This document shows positions 9,238-20,467 of a stretch of 23,885 nt of DNA, piece after piece (the stretch's first letter is position 1; each line of letters opens with the position of its first letter). The notes beneath the pieces are model-generated. The model searched no databases and was not told the DNA's origin. It saw nothing but the letters and a program-made list of their open reading frames with translations. Origin of the DNA: Octopus sinensis. Its lineage: Eukaryota. The stretch covers positions 1-23,885 of the forward strand of contig NW_021836510.1 in NCBI RefSeq assembly GCF_006345805.1. The letters run 5' to 3'. The position numbers and the translations under genes are program-made.

Positions 9238-9878
9238 CTACATCAAAAAAAATGACATCGCTTAAATGGCAGCCATTTCCGGGTTCGCACGCCCGTGCTC
9301 TTTTCAAAACCTGTTTCTTTACTACCCACAGGGGGCTAAACACAGAGAGGACAAACAAGGACAGACAAACGGATTAAGTCGATTACATCGACCCCAGTGC
9401 GTAACTGGTACCTAATTAATCGACCCCGAAAGGATGAAAGGCAAATTCGACCTCGACGGAATTTGAGCTCAGAATGTAAAGGCACACGAAATACCGCTAA
9501 GCATTTCGCCCGGCGTACTAACGTCTCTGCCAGCTCGCCGCCTTTTCAAAAGGCTCTTTTCAAAACCGGCACCATAACACCCTCAAGTGTTTCAGACCCC
9601 GCTTCTCTGATTTCTCTATTGATGTTCTCCTTCAGTTGCATCAGGGCCTCCAGTTTGTTGACGTAAACCCTCTTTCAGATATCCCCACAAGGCAAAATCC
9701 GGACTAGTCAAGTCTGGGAAACGTGAAGGCCAGTTGACATTGCCGTAACGGAGATTATTCTCTCTCTCAAAGCACTGCCGTAGCAACTGCATTGTTTCTC
9801 TTACGGTATGAGGAGTTGCCCCATCTTGCTGGAACCATGTGTGAGGTCTACTTTGAATAGTCTTCATGACTAGCCTGA
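9238..9878 (-). mobile_element. Tc1/mariner DD41D (rosa-type) transposase C-terminal remnant, interrupted by a SINE
   Basis: WFQQDGATPH...WPSRFPDLTSPDFALWGYLKE with 41 residues between the second and third Asp. After a frameshift it reads RVYVNKLEALMQLKENINREI...VLKRA|RACEPGNGCHLSDVIF across the SINE. Confidence 0.88.
9312..9552 (-). mobile_element. tRNA-derived SINE with Nin/Deu-like central domain (family D here), 15-bp TSD
   Basis: Head ggcgagctggcagag...; core ggtcgaatttgcctttcatcctttcggggtcgat; TSD gctcttttcaaaacc at 9297-9311 and 9553-9567. Confidence 0.88.
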
Positions 9879-9879
9879 A

Positions 9880-9982
9880 TGACTAGTCCGGACTTTTCTA
9901 CTAGGGATATCTAAAAGAGAGGGCTTCACGTCAACAAACCAGAGACCCTCGTGCAGCTGAAGGAGAACATCAATAGAGCAAT
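9880..9982 (+). repeat. Inverted, diverged second copy of the transposase segment 9613-9710
   Basis: tgactagtccgga...ggatatct...cgtcaacaaac...gaaggagaacatcaatagag matches the reverse complement of 9613-9710 at roughly 80-85% by eye. Confidence 0.85.
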
Positions 9983-10240
9983 ACATACATTAGTCATGTC
10001 TGTCGGGCATGTGGAAGAGAGTGTAATTCGGCAGGAGGACTTAAACGACATGCAAAGGTACACGAAGCCCAGTTACAACTACAGCCGGCTATTACCAGTA
10101 AAGGTTTTAGTTGCCAATTCTGTACAAGACATTGTAGATCTTTAGCTGGGCTAAAAAGTCACATTCGATCACAGCACCAGTAACAGTTAAGCTTCGTGCA
10201 ATGGCCATACTCGATAACGAGGGGACAGCCATAATATATA
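9983..10240 (+). mobile_element. 3' end of an RTE-type non-LTR retrotransposon with two C2H2 fingers
   Basis: Frame open from 9977 to stop 10181-10183: CRACGRECNSAGGLKRHAKVH...CQFCTRHCRSLAGLKSHIRSQH. Short 3' UTR with a ctcg-ataa-cgag hairpin and ggacagcc, running into a TA/TG tail. Confidence 0.7.
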
Positions 10241-11196
10241 TGTGTGTGTGTGTGTGTGGTGTGTGTGTGTGTGTGTGTATACACCCGTATTCGCGCACAC
10301 TCTTAGCCAAGTTGATTGCTTTTTTTACACCAGTTTACACGTAGCCCACTTGGGCATAATCTCGTATACATTGGTGACTTGATTATAAACATTTTGCTGG
10401 ATCTGAAGAGAAGCCTACTCAGAAAAATTATGTTATCGATCATACTACGGAATAAAATGTGTCTTCGAGTCCACGTACGTAATTCAGTTACATCTTTGAA
10501 GTTTTGAAGTCATAGATAAACCACTGTTTGCTATGTCAAATCTTATTCTAACCTCATCTTCGGAATATTGATAAAATGTATTTACTGTGATGAAAGCGAA
10601 GAATGATGAAAGAGTGTTTACACGTATCAATGTACATTATAGATGCTTGCATGCATCAACAGCATATACCTATAAATAACAACACCCACACCTCCCACGG
10701 GACACTTACTAACAAAAATAAGTTCACTTCGAGAATGACCAAATGGATGGACCGTGATGAGGTTGCGGTGACAATATTGCAAAGCTGTATTTGTAACAAT
10801 GAGTTATTCACTGAAGCGGAAACACGTGTAGGCCGTTATAATATGCTGTATATAATTTGTAAAACACATGTTGTGGATGTGCAAGTCTCCATAGTCTTTA
10901 TTATAAATATTAATATACACTCCTGACAATTTTTACAGTCCGGCGAAAAGAACAGGGAATATATATTTATATATATATATCACATCGGAAGAATTCACGG
11001 AGTAACTAACGATTAAATGCAGTCAACGAATAATTCCTGGAGGTCGCTTTGTCCGACTAAAGGCGGTTCTCCATATATATATATATATTTATATATAAAT
11101 AGGTTATAAAAAATACTAGTTGTACAATAAATAGAATAATACAAAATTGGTTATATATTACAGTAAAAGCTACCAGCATGGCTGTAGTCTAATGAC

Positions 11197-11241
<45 letters not shown>

Positions 11242-11750
11242 AATAAATAGAACATATGCATATATATAAACATATATGTACGTACCTACCTCTACATGTA
11301 CATATACACGCATATATGTGTACAGGACACCAAAAAGACGTCGAACACATAGAGAGACGAAACACATAGACACAAACCAAGGAACAAGACAAGCAAAAAA
11401 GAGAGAGATACAGGACAATAAGCACAACGAAAAAACCCCTTCTTCAGTCGCTAAGATTTCATCTACTAACGTTTCGAAGGATAAAGCGAGACGTATACTT
11501 CGAAGAAAATTCCTTCCCGCGAAAAGCAAATCAATTAAAATTCTGAGATCTTTTCGCAGAGGGGTAAAAAAAAAAAAAAAAGCAGACGGTAACGACAGTA
11601 CAAACATTAAACAGTAAAAAAATATATATATAAACAGTGGAAAAATAAATATATAACAGTGAGAGACAGGACAAGGAGAACAAGATAAGAAGGGCTGTTA
11701 ACGCCAGACGAAAAAAGTATTGCAACGCTGGATTATCGTGGACGACGACA

Positions 11751-11786
11751 TATACATATACATACATACATACATACATACATACA

Positions 11787-11817
<31 letters not shown>

Positions 11818-11937
11818 GTACATATATTATATACATATACATATATCATATATCGTGAAATTTGATTTAGTATTATTAATTGAATTTTCCCTGTAAGATT
11901 GGAATAATATTCCCTAATATTATATATATATATATAT

Positions 11938-11983
<46 letters not shown>

Positions 11984-12103
11984 TATATGTATATATATAT
12001 GTATACATGTATGTATGTATGTATATATATATATGGTGTGTGTGTGTGTGTGTGTGTGTGTGTAGGTAGGTAGGTAGGTAAGCATGTAGGTAGGTAGGTA
12101 GGT
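11751..12103. repeat. Compound (CATA)n, (TA)n, (TG)n, (TAGG)n microsatellite region
   Basis: Directly visible, with a short unique spacer at about 11850-11915. Confidence 0.92.
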
Positions 12104-12391
12104 GTGTTCAAACTTTACCAATCTTCTAGACTTTATATTGACTATATAAAACTATTTTTAACAAAGAAATGCCATAACAAGATGAGTGATAGGTTGGCCA
12201 ATAAACTGACAGCTGTCAGCAGACGATAGCTCCAGTATTACAAACGATGGAACATCTCAGAATTTGTCTTCAGTTGCAATATAAAAAAAAGGTTTTTGAA
12301 TCATTCTGAAAATTCAAATTTATTGGAATTCTTATTGGTATTTCCATCAAGTGCTTTATTTTCTCTTTAAAATATTACATTCTTTTAATCC

Positions 12392-12826
12392 TTTATTCTT
12401 TTACTTGTTTCAGTAATTTGAATGCGGCCATGCTGGAGCACCGCCTTGATAAAAGTTTTAGTCGAATGTATCGACTGCAGTACTTATTCTCTTTACTTAT
12501 GAGCCCGGCACTTATCCGATCCGTCTCTTCAGCCGAACCGCTAAGTTACGGGGTCGTAAACACACCATCAAGCGGTGGAGGAGGGACAAATACAGACACA
12601 AAGACACACACACACACACACATACACACACACATATACACACATACACGCACACACATACATATACACGACGGACTTCTTTCAGTTTCCGTCTACCAAA
12701 TCCATTCACAAGGTTTTGGTTGGCCCGAGTCTATAGTAGAAACTTGCCCGAGGTGCCACGCAGTGGTACTGAACCAGAAACCATCTGGTTGAGAAGCAAG
12801 CTTCTTACCACACGGCCATGCCTGTG
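12392..12826 (-). mobile_element. Full-length composite SINE (A+B)
   Basis: Head, CA/TA slot at about 12595-12668, body and tail are all present on the minus strand. Confidence 0.88.
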
Positions 12827-12924
12827 CCTACATCTGAGGCATTGTTTAAAACGGAAATCATGACTCTCTCCACTCTACGAATAAGCCACAATTGAAAATT
12901 TTTATAACAAAGAAAAAAATCATA

Positions 12925-13152
12925 CAGTAACCCATCGACCATCGCGGTTGTTACGTTCCAAACCCCACCTCCGCGATAGGTGAAAATCCGCGAAGTAGAA
13001 ACAGTATATATTTTGTATATATTTTTTAAAGTATTTTTATAATTTGCATATATTCATTTTATTATAAATGCAAAACAACACCACGGAGGAATCGACGTAA
13101 GCTTAAATAATAAACCGCGATAAGTGAACCGCGATATGGCGAAGGATTATTG
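12925..13152. mobile_element. pogo/Tigger-like MITE
   Basis: Imperfect TIRs cagtaacccatcgaccatcgcggtt and (reverse complement) caataatccttcgccatatcgcggtt; TA at 12923-12924 and 13153-13154; subterminal ccgcgata repeats. Confidence 0.78.
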
Positions 13153-13344
13153 TATTATGTTTGTTCTCAATGCTAAATTTACAACACGGTATCGCATTTT
13201 TTGTTTGTTTGTTTGCTTTTGCTTGAGTCCCAGAACTCATAAGACATGTTACTCCGTTTACATGGTGCATGAGTAACCGAGACCGCAACATTTACTTTGA
13301 ACGAGACGCCTGTCTTTCGCAGGGTCTAAGACCAATAATTTGAG

Positions 13345-13515
13345 GTCAAGTCGATTACATCGACCTCCAGACGTGATCGTTACTTTATTTTATGGAACGT
13401 GAAAGGATTATAAGAAAAATTGACTTCAGCGGGATTTGAGCCGCAAACGTCAAGAACCTAAAAGAAAATTGTTTAATATCTTGTCCAGCCTGCTAACGAT
13501 TCAGCTAGCACACCA
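13345..13515 (-). mobile_element. Degraded family D SINE
   Basis: aagtcgattacatcgacc...gaaagga...gctaacgatt match family D. Confidence 0.6.
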
Positions 13516-13660
13516 TCTTGTTATCAGACGTGGGTTCAGAAAAGGCTTCAATAATGGGGGGAAATACAAAAACATTTTTAATCAATTTCTCCTACATAAG
13601 CTGAAAATATTAATGAACACAACTTTTGATAAAATTAATGGAAAACATTGACGTGCAGGG

Positions 13661-14186
<526 letters not shown>

Positions 14187-14271
14187 AACCACTAAGGCTA
14201 ACTCGGCTTACTGTTTTTTAAAAAGAAACCCAACATTGCCCGACATAGAAAAACGACGTACAGCCTTAAAT

Positions 14272-14917
14272 CAGTGGTTCTCCATCATTTTTTTTTTTTT
14301 GCCTATGAACCCTTTTGATCCCTATTTTACTCGGGAAGACCCTCATAGCCATTCCATGTTTTAAAAAATCAAATTATATTTTTATACTTAAATATTATAA
14401 AGAATTGTATTTAAAAACTAGCAGTATCGTCCGGCATTGCTCGGGTTTGTTTCGACCCTTTAGAATTGGAATTTTTTTAAAATTTTGCATTATGTAGCTT
14501 GTTATTCTCTTTAAGTGAACATTTTTCTGGTTGAAATACACCGAAAAATGGCGACATAGCAGTCAAAAAATCGTAAAAAATAGGGATTTTCATAGAAAAA
14601 AAAGCACCTTTTTGATGTAAATAATTTTTGGTGTTAACATGGTCCGATTTGAATTTTTTGTTCTAAGGAAGGAAGAGCAAGCCTTCTTCTATTATACTCT
14701 TAATTTTGGTCAACGTGCACCGCAGGGTCTCGGAGGAGATAGTGTTATTTGAAGGCTACCAAACCTGCCACACACAGACAACTTCAGCTTTATATAGAGA
14801 GAGATTGCTAAAATATTTTGAGCATAGTAGAAGTATAAGCAATTTAATGGACATAAATTTTTACAAGAAAATCTAAGGACCTTCAAGGGCCATATGGACC
14901 CCTACTGAGAACCATTG
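14272..14917. mobile_element. hAT (Charlie-like) non-autonomous element with a nested insertion
   Basis: TIRs cagtggttctcc and tgagaaccattg; 8-bp flanks ccttaaat (14264-14271) and ctctaaat (14918-14925). Confidence 0.7.
14417..14805. mobile_element. Non-autonomous Helitron/Helentron-like (Lep1/DINE-1-like) element nested in the hAT element
   Basis: Starts actagcagtatcgtccggcattgctcggg (subterminal hairpin) and ends with a caca/gaca run then ctttatatagagagagat. No TSD seen. Family call from recall of terminal patterns. Confidence 0.5.
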
Positions 14918-15272
14918 CTCTAAATCAAGAATGTAATGAATTTAGAGACCGGATTCAATTCGCGATTTCTAGAACTCCTTTTACAGAGAATATTACAGAA
15001 ACAACAGGCAAGAAATCAAATTTTCAGTAAAATGTTTGAAAAATTAATAAATGACAAATGTGTAATATAATTAAGAAAGCTTCATTAATTTTAAGGAATT
15101 CTAAATTTGTGATTTATTATTTTTTCTAAAATATGAATTAGATTATTGTTCGACAACAATTTTTTTCTTGATTTAGTAAAATTGAGAAACAACTTCAGCA
15201 GAAGATATTTATAACGTTAAATGATGCGGGATTTGACACAAAATATTTTAATGAAAAGTGTTATAACGTTTT

Positions 15273-16077
15273 GCTCTTTTCTACTCTAGGCACAAGGCCC
15301 GAAATTTGGGGGAGGGCCCAGTCGATTAGATCGACTCCTGTACGCAACTGGTACTTAGTTTGTCCACCTCGAAAGGATGAAAGGCAAAGTCGACCTCGTC
15401 GGAATTTGAACTCAGAACGTAGCGGCAGACGAAATACCAAGGGGCTAAACACAGAGGGGACAAACAAGGACAGACAAACGGATTAAGTCGATTATATCGA
15501 CCCCCAGTGCGCAACTGGTACTTAGTTTATCGACCTCGAAAGGATGAAAGGCAAAGTCGACCTCGGCGGAATTTGAATTCAGGGCGTAAAGACAGACGAT
15601 ATGCCGCTAAGCATTTCGCCCGAGGTGCTAACGTTTCTGCCAGCTCACCACCTTAATAAGTGACGAAAGAAGTGCCACGTTTGGTGAAAATCGTAAGCAC
15701 GCTGGACGAAATGCTTAGCAGTACTTCACTCGCCGCTACGTTCTGAGTTCAAATTCCGCCGAGGTCGACTTTGCCTTTCGTCCTTTCAGAGTCGATAAAT
15801 TAAGTAGCAATGAAAAACTGGGGCCGATGTAATCGACTCAATCTATTCCCCCAAATTTGAGGCCCTGTGCTTGCAGTAGGAAAGAAATGTTTGCGCGTCG
15901 GGTAAAATTCTTAGCGGCATTGTGTCCGTTTTTTACGTTCTGAGTTAAAATTCTGCCAAAGTCGACTTTGCCTTCCGGGGTCAATAAAATAAGTACCAGT
16001 TGAACACTGTGGTCGAGGTAATCGACTTAACCCCGTCCCCCAAACTTGGTGGCCTTATACCAAAATTTGAACCCATT
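15273..16077. mobile_element. Cluster of four family D SINEs: 15273-15438 (-), 15439-15654 (-), 15681-15888 (+), 15893-16077 (+)
   Basis: Each carries the gttctgagttcaaattccgccgaggtcgactttgcc core or its reverse complement. Confidence 0.88.
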
Positions 16078-16260
16078 ATTTGAAATTGCAGTTTGTTTTA
16101 AACGAGGTTAGTAAGAAAACAAATGAAATAGATCGTTACACGATTTGTAACCTTTAGTTATATATCGTAGAGTATCTGCGTCGTTGAAAAGCTAGAAGCT
16201 GTAGTTTTACGTCCGGGAAAAAAAATCCCTCTGTAGATGTATTGTGTTAGAATATTCACA

Positions 16261-16440
16261 ATACTCCAGAACTAGCCGAAACGAAATTTAGCCGAGGAGA
16301 GCGCGACCGCGAGAGCAACTGGCTGATTCGGTCTCGTTTCGGAAGTGACACAAGTACGTGATATTGAAAAGCCGCAAAAACGGTGAAATATGTTTCTGGC
16401 GCTCTTGCAGGCGCTTCCGGGGAGATTTCGTTTCACCTAA
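16261..16440. promoter_or_regulatory. Possible promoter-like CpG-rich patch with ETS-type motifs
   Basis: CpG-dense, non-repeat-looking patch with cggaagtg (16340-16347) and cttccgg (16414-16420). Confidence 0.3.
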
Positions 16441-16744
16441 CTCTGAAGTATTTTCTGAGTTTTTTTTTTTTTTTCAACACGATACGTCAATAAAGGAACT
16501 TTTCCTGGACGAAAAACTGCAACTTCTGACTTTTCAACAACTCATATACATTAAGTATATCATATAGATAAAGCTTTTACTCTAGAACTGCTTTTATTGC
16601 ATAACTAGAAGGCTGTGATATATTCTTCATCAACCAGATAAAAGTTAGATGCGGCTTTTAAAAATCTACTATAATTCTCTGCATTGAATTAATCAAAATA
16701 AGCCGTATTTTTTCCTTCGTTCACGACAGGTTTCTTGTGACATA

Positions 16745-17001
16745 AAATAAAATAAATGCGCCCTTTTATAGCCTAGCCAGGCATGGGCCCGGTTTCCAGG
16801 TTTAAATGGCGTATGTGTTCCCCAGCTGGACGGGACGCCAGTTCATCGCAGCGTTACTCATTTTTGCCAGCTGAGTGGATGGAGCAACGTGAAGTGAAGT
16901 GTTTTGCTCAAGAACACAACGCGTCGCCCGGTCCAGGAATCGAAACCACAATCTTACGATCATGGTGCTGACACCCTAACCACTAAGCCACGCGCCTCCA
17001 C
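16745..17001 (-). mobile_element. Full-length family C SINE with (TTATT)n tail and 58-63-bp flanking direct repeat
   Basis: Head ggaggcgcgtggcttagtggttaggg, B box ggtttcgattcc; direct repeats at 16687-16744 and 17002-17064. Confidence 0.9.
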
Positions 17002-17085
17002 AATTAATCAAAATAAGCTGTATTTTTTTTTTTCCTTCTTTCACGACAGGCTTCTTGTGACATAGTAACTGCTAAAATGGTATAT

Positions 17086-17511
17086 TTTCTTTTATTTGTT
17101 TTAGTCTTTCAACTGCGGCCATGCTGGGGCACCACATTGAAGGGTTTTAGTCAAACAAATCGACCCCAGTACTTATTTTAAGTTAGATACTTATTTTATC
17201 ATTTCCCATTCTCGAACTGCTAAGTTACGCGGATGAAAACGAAGCAACACCGGTTGTCAAGTGGTGGGCAGGACAAACAGACATGAATACACATACACGT
17301 ATATATAAGTATGCGTGTATGTGTGCGCTCACGCGTGTGTATGTATGTATATATGTAACTGGCTTCCATACTGTTTCCGTTTGCCAAATTTACTTCCAAG
17401 CGTTAGTCGGCCCGAAACTAGTGAAGACAGTTATCCAAATTGCCACGCACTGAAACTGAATCCGAAACCTCGTGGTTGCAAAGCATGCTCCTTAACCACA
17501 CAGCCATGTGC
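17086..17511 (-). mobile_element. Older composite SINE (A+B)
   Basis: Diverged head, mixed microsatellite slot, body and tail. Confidence 0.8.
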
Positions 17512-19461
17512 AGTTAAACCCCTTGTGCGTCTCGTATTTCTCCAACGATAAGAAAAGTTTCAAAAAGAAAGAATTTATAAACGAATTAGTTTCAACAATC
17601 GCCATTTTCGATGAATTTGTGTTATTATTACTAGCAATTTTTCCCCAGAGAATGCAATTAAATTTTTCACAAAAGCAGATAACCCCATCAAGCGTATGGC
17701 TATATTTTTTTTCATACGTAATTAAAAATAGTTTTGTTTTGCAAGAAAATATAATTAATTAACTCGCACAAATTAATGCATTGGAATGGATAGAATTTTT
17801 TTTTATCAAAGATTTATAAACCATAGAGCGAAAAATAGTTATGGTGTGTATTATTGATAGAACGGAGGCAAGTTTACTAAGAGACTAACATTCTACGATT
17901 GAAGAAAGGATAATTTTAGATGAAGCAACACGTGAGTAGTCCACTACACTACTTCCCATAACTCAATTTGGCGTGGTATTTGGTCTGGAGTGCTACTGTT
18001 GAGATATTACTACTGTTGTTCGTGATAAGCTGTAGAGTTAGCGCAGAGCAATAAACCTGACCCGTGGTTCAATGCCCACATCTTAACTATGTGTAAGGTT
18101 AAATCGAAAGTTCTCAATGTGTGTGGAGGTTCTCAATGAGAGGAGATTACTATGGTGGTATGCTGTCCATCTAAATGAAATAAGTGGAAAAAATTAATAT
18201 CTGTAGTAACTTAACAGTAACCTCCCAGGATACCTAGATGTTTCAGTAACTGCTCGCTCCTTCAGCCGGTGTTGAATGAGGCAGATATTCGTGAAGCTAC
18301 ACAAGAAATAGCAGTTGACTGCGAAACAGTGACTGTAAAGCGGCAGAGACGCAGGAACGGAATGAAGCAAGCAGGTTTTTATATGATCAGTAAAATCTTG
18401 ACTAGAAGAACTAAAAATCTGTCCGTTCATCGCAAGCTCCCGATGCCCCAACTCCAGAATATGGAGGAATTCATCTCGTGGTTATTCAAACTGTATATCG
18501 TACACAATTCAACACACTTGTATAACATGTGACAGCTAATAAAACTGTTCCACACGAGCGTACAACTACCCTTTCAATGTAGATGTACTTCCCATTACGC
18601 TGTCCAATCAGACATCCAATATGTGTCTATTTCTATGCGTATGTGTGTGTGCGTATATGTATCTACGTGTATGTGTATATATGCGTATATTTGTGTTAAT
18701 TTAGCGAGCATGCTGTTCCGTTGATCGGATCAACAGGAACCCTCATCGTCGCAACCGACACAGTGCCAGTGTGTGTGTGTGTGCGCACGCATGCGTGTGT
18801 GTGTCCTTTCAGTCCTCTTCTACCACATATATAGATCCAATTCCAGAACTGTATCGTTATTGCAAGTCTACACACAACTGAGAGTAATTTAGTGATTAGC
18901 AGTCCATTTTTTCCCGGTGATTCTTTGTCTAAGTGGTTTTTTTGTTACCTTAGTATTTTCTGTTATTTTTGTGGGAAGTAAAGATTCTTTTTCCCTCCAA
19001 GCTCTGAAATTTCAGCTCTACACCTGGATAAACAACTTCCAATTAAATACCAAATGTCAGCCATAAATACGCTGTTAAGACGAACACATCATCTACATGT
19101 CAGAACGTTGTGTAACACAGAAGAGATAAAACACCTGACAAGTAATGATATCTTATACCGACACGCGTTTTTATTTGTTTATGTATTACACCACATTACA
19201 AGGGATCTTATCAGCTTTGTAAATGTGATCATAGTTTTGCTATGGAGATTATTTTCGCTTAAAATCTAAGTTAATTGCTATACAATACAGACCGATCGGA
19301 AATAGATTTTGAAGCTGGTGGACCTTACCGCCAGGGCAAAATTATTTTCGGAAGATATACTATTCGACGTTCGCGTAAATTCGCATACAGTGAATTAAAA
19401 CCGTTGTTTAATATATTTTGCAGAACGCAAATGTATGTAATTATTTTTTAGGTAGTTTTTA

Positions 19462-19650
19462 CCTTTTATTCTTATGTTTCAGCCATTGGAGTACGTCCAT
19501 GCTGGGACACTACTTTGAAGTGTTTAATTGAACAAATCGATCCCAGTACGTATTTTTGGAAGTCTGGTACTTATTCTATTGGTCTTGTTTTTGTTCAGCT
19601 GCTAAATTACGGGGACGTAAACAAACCAACATCAGATGTCAAGCGGTAGA
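19462..19650 (-). mobile_element. B body of the composite SINE
   Basis: ccatgctggg...gctaaattacggggacgtaaac...gtcaagcg. Confidence 0.78.
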
Positions 19651-19692
19651 CACAGACACACATACATAAATACATACATTCATATGTATATG

Positions 19693-19727
<35 letters not shown>

Positions 19728-19884
19728 ATATATTGCTGTGTGGTAAGAATCTTACTTCCCAACTATACGGTTCTGAGTTCAGTCCCACTGCGTGACACCT
19801 TGGACAAGAATCTTCTACTACAGCCTCAGGCCGACCAAAGCCTTGTGAATGGATTTGGTAGACAGAAACTAAAAGATGCCTGTC

Positions 19885-19917
<33 letters not shown>

Positions 19918-20179
19918 TACACACAACACACACACACACACACACACATACACACACACATATATATATGTATATATAATTGAGTAGTTGAATGAATTAT
20001 CTTATTATGGATAATTCGGCTAACCGATACCTGGGTAGCAAATTCACGTTAGAAAAACACGGTTGAAGCTACATGCCTAGGGCAGAGATCACGTGCTAAC
20101 GTGTGGAAATTTGTGTGTTTTTTTAAATACAAATAAATGAAAGAATGGAGTTGAACGATGAATTAACAAAATTCCTTTA

Positions 20180-20262
20180 TTTTCGACATATGTTTCGAAG
20201 GCTGCATATTCCTAATTTTGAAGGAATAAGGGGTGCATTATGCCGCCTTCTCATCAGGAAAA
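20180..20262 (-). ncRNA. Minimal type-I hammerhead ribozyme, canonical core
   Basis: Minus strand: ttttc-CTGATGA-gaaggc...gccttc-GAAAC-ATAT-GTC-gaaaa. All core positions match; predicted cleavage between 20185 and 20184. Confidence 0.9.
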
Positions 20263-20384
20263 ACAAGGAACTTATGTCAGCATCAACATGCACAAAAACT
20301 TTTAGATGACCCCTCGCTATGGGCTCCGTGTGGGCAGTCATCTAAAAGTTTTTGTGCATCTTGATGCTGACATAAGTTCCTTGT

Positions 20385-20467
20385 TTTTCCTAATGAGAAG
20401 GCGGCATAATGCACCCCTTATTCCTTCAAAATTAGGAATATGCAGCCTTCGAAACATATGTCGAAAA
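20385..20467 (+). ncRNA. Hammerhead copy with G5A core change (CTAATGA), predicted inactive
   Basis: ttttc-CTAATGA (20390-20396)-gaaggc...gccttc-GAAAC (20451-20455)-ATAT-GTC-gaaaa. Confidence 0.85.

Noticed and set aside
17930-18540. Short ORFs (85-87 aa) in unique-looking sequence
   Set aside because: No recognisable motif, no coherent splice signals, and lengths expected by chance.
18715-18740. gttgatc-g-gatcaac palindrome
   Set aside because: Appears to be part of a short interspersed-repeat fragment (about 18693-18770) between microsatellites; no independent function can be supported.
20311-20336. Spacer reading PLAMGS, like the Penelope RT GLAMGSP motif
   Set aside because: Too short to distinguish from chance, and it lies on the strand opposite the inferred element sense.
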